Shown here: positions 22,622 through 27,915 of the stretch, piece after piece
Position numbering within the stretch: position 1 is the stretch's first letter
Layout of the letters: each line of letters begins with the position of its first letter
Assembly: GCA_049724395.1 (NCBI GenBank)
Contig: JAUGWO010000104.1
Span: 124,001-151,915, forward strand
Direction: 5' to 3'
DNA: 27,915 nt
DNA from: Spongospora subterranea f. sp. subterranea
Lineage: Eukaryota
Made by a program: the position numbers and the translations under genes
Notes under the pieces: model-generated
The model's input: the letters and a program-made list of their open reading frames with translations, nothing else
What the model was told of the DNA's origin: nothing
Database searches by the model: none

Positions 22622-22772
22622 TATATACACTTAGGTGTACATTTGTATATACACTTAGGTGTACATTTGTATATACACTTAGGTGTATATTTGTATATAC
22701 ACTTAGGTGTACATTTGTATATACACTTAGGTGTACATTTGTATATACATTTAGGTGTACACTGTATATACA
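22622..22772 (+). repeat. 24-bp tandem repeat (~6 copies) in the Copia B 5' UTR
   Basis: Unit TATATACACTTAGGTGTACATTTG with an internal hairpin TACAC-TTAG-GTGTA. Confidence 0.95.
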
Positions 22773-22778
22773 TCCATC

Positions 22779-25700
22779 ATGATGTCCACGGTCTATAACA
22801 TCCATAAGCTCGAAGGATCCGACGATTTCCCTATCTGGAAGCGTCGTATGATGGCCATATTACAGGACAAGGATTATGATATATCAATCTCCTATAATCC
22901 AGCAACATTTGACCCTGTCGAACCGCGAACTAAGTGTATATACTGACACGACGTCGAGCCGTACCGATACGAAAACCCGGGGTGTGATCGAACTGAACGT
23001 GGGTGACTCGGTACTCCGTCATTTACTCTCTGAAACCTCTGCTCACGCGTATTGGGTCAAACTCCATAACATCTACCAGCGCAAATCACTCTCTTCAGTT
23101 GTCGTCAAGTTGCGCCAATGGGTTACCTGCATGCAAGACGGGCAACCAGTGCAAGAATTTATAGGCCGAGTCGAATCTCGAGCCCGAGACCTCCAAGGTG
23201 CAGGCATCGAGATACCAGAAAAATTAATTTCAGCACTCGTTGTTTGCAACCTCGATAGCCGTTTCCACTCAGTTGCTACTGCCTTAGACTGCCAGGACTT
23301 TGATCATATTTCCCTAGTCAAGATCACCTCCCTGCTGCTAAACGAAGAAGTTCGTCAAGGCCAAGATATTGCCTCTACACAAGCAAACATTGCTGGCAAG
23401 AAGCGTCGATGCAAAGTTCACCCACACCTTGGCCATACGGATGACCAATGTTATGCACAACACCCTGAGCTTCGCCCTAGCAGCTGGCAGCCGAGGAGGG
23501 AAACGACATAACAAACAGGGACAAGTTCAAAACTACCATTATGCCTCTCAAGCTTCATTTAACAAGTCCAGGGCCTGGCATGTAGATACTGGCTGTTCCA
23601 ACCACATGACATTTGACCGTCAGATCTTATCGCAATTCCGAAGCGCAAGTCTGAACCCAGAAATTCAACTGGGTGACAACACTTCCATCCCTTCAGTTGG
23701 ATCTGGTAACTGCAATTTACGCGTACAGGGAAGGTCAATTCCACTTGAGAATGTTTTGGCGGTTCCGGACCTGGGGAAAAACCTCTTTTCTCCCGGCCAA
23801 GCAGCAGAATCAGGGATGAAGTTTTTGATCGATGGCGAACACATGACTATCTTCCACTCTCATGATTTCACCGCTCCCGTTGGAAACATACTTGCAAGGA
23901 TTCGAAAAGATAAGGACAACCTGTACAGACTGGATTCAAACTCTATCCGATCATCAGACCTTTCGGCGACTTTTGCGGTCCGACATGACGTTGCCCTTCC
24001 CCTGTCACTATGGCACGCAAGGTTAGGCCATACCAGCAACAAGGAAATATCGAATTTTGAGTAAGGATGAGCGCTACGGAATTCGACTAGAACCTTCTCC
24101 CAAGCAATTACACTTTTGTGAACCATGCGTGATGGGGAAAATGTCAAAAGGACCGTTCTTGAATACCACACACCATCAAACCACTCCGGGTGAACTCATC
24201 GTAAGCGACCTCATGGGCCCATTTTCTTCCCCTGGCATAGACGGTTCCAAGTACTTTGTCACATACATTGATGCTTACAGCCGATTCTGCACAATTGCCT
24301 GTTTGAGAAACAAATCTGAGCAGTTCGAGCACCTCAAGAAGTTCATTCGACATTTCAACAACCTTCACAGCACAACTATCCGCAATTTTCAATCAGACAA
24401 CGGAGGCGAATACATGTCGAAAGAGTGTCGTGATTGGCTAGACCTTCAAGGCATTCATCACCGAAGGACAGTCCCGGGAAACTCACAATCGAATGGCATG
24501 GCTGAAAGGCTTAATCGAACATTGACTGATATTGCTCTTTGTCTACTATCACATTCGAAGTTGCCCCAGCAATGTTTTGCTTGGGCTGTACAAGTAGCAG
24601 TTCATATATACAATCGACGACCCCACTCGACGTTACCAGACCGAGTTACTCCGTATGAAGTCTTGTTCAAACAGGTTCCGAATCTTAACTACCTTAGAAC
24701 ATTCGGCTGTGTCGCCTACAGATTGCTTCAGTCCAACGAACGGAAAAAGATACAGCCTCGAGCACAGAAACTAATTCACATTGGCTACACACAGAATCAA
24801 AAGGCTTATTTGCTGTACGATCCCATATCTCAAAAAGAATATTCCAGTCGAGATGTCGAGTTCGACGAATACTCCTTTGATTACGGATTTCAAAGAGAAA
24901 GTTCAGATTCCAGAAATACCATCTCCCCCTGTTTTGAAAGCAGCTTCCGCTCTGAGATGGAACCCCATGTTCAAATTTCGAACGAAAACAATGCAGCTGA
25001 TTCCATCATATCCGAAGATGTCAGCAATAATGACAATGAATTGGATCCTGTCCAGCCTGAAGACACAGACAGCACATCGGACGCATCATTACCTTATTCG
25101 CCTGACAACAATAATGATTTAGACCCCGAACCGGCAGTAGTCGTTCGTCGCAGTGTTAGAGAATCGCGACCTCCAGGAGAATGGTGGAAAGCACATCAAG
25201 CCAATCACACACTGCAGTTGGACTCGACATGTATCAAATTGCCAAGACCGGACATCGCATCACTCACAATTGCTTCTGTTACCGTACCACAAACAGTCCC
25301 AGAAGCCCTGAACGGACCTGAAGCTGGCCATTGGTATGATGCTATGCAGGTTGAATACAAGCAGATGCTCGAATTTGACACATGGACGTTACAAGAACTA
25401 CCTCCAGACCGAAAAGCAATCGCCTGCAAATGGGTCTTCAATACCAAGCCTAATCTGACCGGAGATGGTGGTATTCGAAAGTTCAAAGCCCGTTTGGTGA
25501 TCAAAGGCTTCTCCCAACGTGCTGGTATCGATTACAGTGAAACTTTCTCTCCCGTCGCACATTCGGAATCATTTCGTATCGTCATGGCACTAACCGCCGA
25601 TCAAGGCTTGTTTCTTCGTCAAATCGACATCGTGGGCGCATTCCTTAACGGTAACATTGACGGCGATATTTACATGAAACAGCCTGATGGTTTCATCGAG

Positions 25701-27054
25701 CCTCGGTCAAGGAAATCTAGTTTGCAAGTTACAGAAAGCTCTCTACGGTCTTAAACAAGCGGGAATGATCTGGAATCAGCAGCTGGATGATTTCTTGGTC
25801 AATAAGCTCCATTTTCGAAGAACAATTGCTGATCCTTGTCTTTACCATCTCAGACGTGACACTTTCTATGCTATTGTTCTCATTCATGTCGACGATATCA
25901 TTATTGCCCATAATAATCCAACTCTTTGTGATGAATTAGTGGATCACTTCAAGTCCAAATGGAACGTCACCGATCTTGGCGCGCCCAGTCGTGTTCTTGG
26001 TATGCAGTTATTGCGTGATGGGGCAACAGGATCAATATTTTTACACCAGCAAGACTACGTTGATGAATTACTCCTTCGATTCAATATGAATCTTTGCAAA
26101 TCCGCCAACACTCCACATCAACCAGGATACTACCTCAGTACGAACATGAGCCCTACCACCGACCAAGAGCGAGCCAACATGAAATTGGTGCCATATTCTG
26201 AGCTTGTCGGCAGTTTAAACTGGTTAGCCACAACCACAAGACCCGACATTGCATGCGCGGTCGGAACCTTATGTAGATTTATAAGCAACCCCGGGCGGCA
26301 GCACTGGACGGCAGCACAGAGAGTACTCAGATTTTTGGCAGGGACATCGGACCACGGCCTGAAATTTACAGCAGGCTCTTCAAAGAATCCCGCCGGACTC
26401 TATGGCTACAGCGACGCAGACTGGGCCGGTAACCCGGACACGAGGAGATCCACAACTGGTTTCGTTTTCACTTTTCATGGTGCCCCAATCTCTTGGAAAT
26501 CCAAATTGCAACCCTCAACAGCCTTATCGTCTGTTGAATCCGAGTATATTGCATTATGTGGTGCGTCACGCGAAGCCAAATGGATCCGCCAACTGTTGTT
26601 CGAACTTGAGCGCCCAGAACCAGCCGCAACTGTCATATACGACGATAACCAAGGATGCATATCTATCAGCGGCAACAACAGAACCGACGCGCGAACAAAA
26701 CACATTGATGCAAAATACCATTTCGTGAGACAGATGGTTCACAACAACCAGATTCAAGTCCAGTTCATGCCAACAGCCGAGATGGTCGCAGATATTTTCA
26801 CTAAACCAACTTCAGGCGCAACATTCACAAAACTGAGCAAAAGATTGGTGACCAACAAGGCACATGGTTTGAGGGGGCGTGTTGAAGTTCAAACCACGTC
26901 GCCAACCTGTCGTACTGGCCCATTGGCTGTACTGGCCCAAACTGGTCGTATTGGCCCACTGTCACGTACATCCGATATTGATGAAGACTCGACGCGGCCT
27001 CTTAATGAGCGGCCTCCTGAGGAGCAACCCTGTAGCGCAGCCTCTGTCGTGTGA
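22779..27054 (+). pseudogene. gag-pol: Copia B gag-pol polyprotein with ~4 frameshifts (~22920, ~23485, ~24057, ~25700)
   Basis: KLEGSDDFPIW; PR WHVDTGCSNHMT; LWHARLGH..CEPC; IN SDLMGP, SDNGGEY, NGMAER; RT KARLV, LYGLKQ, HVDD; RH YSDADWAG, ESEY, RTKHID, ADIFTK. Confidence 0.93.
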
Positions 27055-27569
27055 CGGATTTTGGCGCGCGATTAGCGCGCCTTTTTCCCGACAGAGAAAT
27101 CGCGCGCCCTTTTCCGACTGAGACAATAATATCTAGCTCTGTATATCAGAGCCCCTCGTTTTCTAATAAACTCATTCTTCTATTTGCTTCTTCCAATCAA
27201 CATCGTTCCCACTCCCTCTCTCTCTCTCGCTCTTCTCGCGTTCCCGCTCCCTCTCTCTCTCGCGTTCCCGCTCCCCTCTCTCTCGCGTTCCCGCTCCCTC
27301 TCTCTCTCGCGTTCCCGCTCCCTCTCTCTCTCGCGTTCCCGCTCCCTCTCTCTCTCGCGTTCCCGCTCCTCTCTCTCTCGCTCCGCTCCCTCTCTCTCTC
27401 GCGTTCCCGCTCCCTCTCACTCATGACGGGGAAGGGCAACGTCATGTCGGACCGCAAAAGTCGCCGCATGGTCTGATGATCGGATAGAATTTGAATCCAG
27501 TCTGTACAGGTTGTCCTTATCTTTCGAATCCTTGCTCCCTCGCTCGCCTGATCTCTCCTCTCTCTAGAA
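26880..27569 (+). repeat. Copia B 3' LTR
   Basis: Follows the PPT. The core differs from the 5' core at ~5 of 323 positions. It contains an intrusive internal-Copia fragment (27423-27534) and ends CTCTCTAGAA before the TSD. Confidence 0.88.
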
Positions 27570-27769
27570 GAATTGACCTTCCCTGTACGCACAAATTGCA
27601 GTTACCAGATCCAACTGAAGGGATGGAAGTGTTGTCACCCAGTTGAATTTCTGGGTTCAGACTTGCGCTTCGGAATTGCGATAAGATCTGACGGTCAAAT
27701 GTCATGTGGTTGGAACAGCCAGTATCTACATGCCAGGCCCTGGACTTGATAAATGAAACTTGAGAGGCA
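27570..27769 (-). mobile_element. Continuation of Copia A (protease region), truncated
   Basis: Resumes exactly the sequence broken at 21963 and encodes AWHVDTGCSNHMT on the minus strand. Homology ends near 27769. Confidence 0.92.
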
Positions 27770-27915
27770 AGTTTTCCAGACAAGACAGTCAGGTAATCAT
27801 CAAGCTCACGCAGTCCGTGGCGCTATGAGATTCCAGTTGACCGATTTCCTGAGATTCTGTTTTAACAACAACTTTACCTAATGTGCTTCGTATCTTTTGT
27901 TAGGATATTTTTATG

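Larger units (their letters stand above)
21964..27569 (+). mobile_element. Full-length Ty1/Copia element B inserted in Copia A
   Basis: Two LTRs, PBS, gag-PR-IN-RT-RH order, PPT GAGGGGGCG (26871-26879), and 5-bp TSD GAATT (21959-21963, 27570-27574). Confidence 0.96.

Noticed and set aside
22622..22772. Telomeric TTAGG repeats
   Set aside because: TTAGG occurs once per 24-bp unit, not in tandem.
23369..23511. Programmed gag/pol frameshift in Copia B
   Set aside because: I saw no clear slippery site, and similar 1-nt shifts occur throughout the window, including in RT where copy A is in frame.

Overview
Eukaryotic, repeat-dense window (no prokaryotic features; the host cannot be named from sequence alone), mostly nested transposable elements. 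In order: a decayed CCHC-knuckle gag/ORF1-like relic (~860-1140), one probable intron-containing coiled-coil host gene (~2568-3682), relics of a sushi/Tf1-like Ty3/Gypsy LTR and leader (3751-4220), a possible L1-like 3' end, and a broken MULE/FAR1-type transposase (5768-7179, -) containing a ~195-bp foldback. Next come a near full-length chromodomain Ty3/Gypsy element (7180-12143, +), a noisy duplicated segment that is probably mis-assembled, and an inverted second copy (13313-16803). That copy carries a tRNA-headed SINE-like insertion and is cut by a second Gypsy family (16804-18260). The second Gypsy is cut by a Ty1/Copia (18261-21963 and 27570-27769, -), itself interrupted by a full-length sister Copia (21964-27569, +, TSD GAATT). 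Most notable: (i) the Copia LTRs end non-canonically (TG...AA) ~280 bp beyond a stranded TG...CA end, with a CT-rich array in between, and the PBS matches the 5' half of tRNA-Lys(CUU); (ii) the second Gypsy family shows an 11-nt LTR/PBS complementarity, the signature of Tf1-type self-priming, in two diverged copies; (iii) the SINE-like insertion. Many 1-nt frameshifts may be sequencing errors. All alignments were done by eye.
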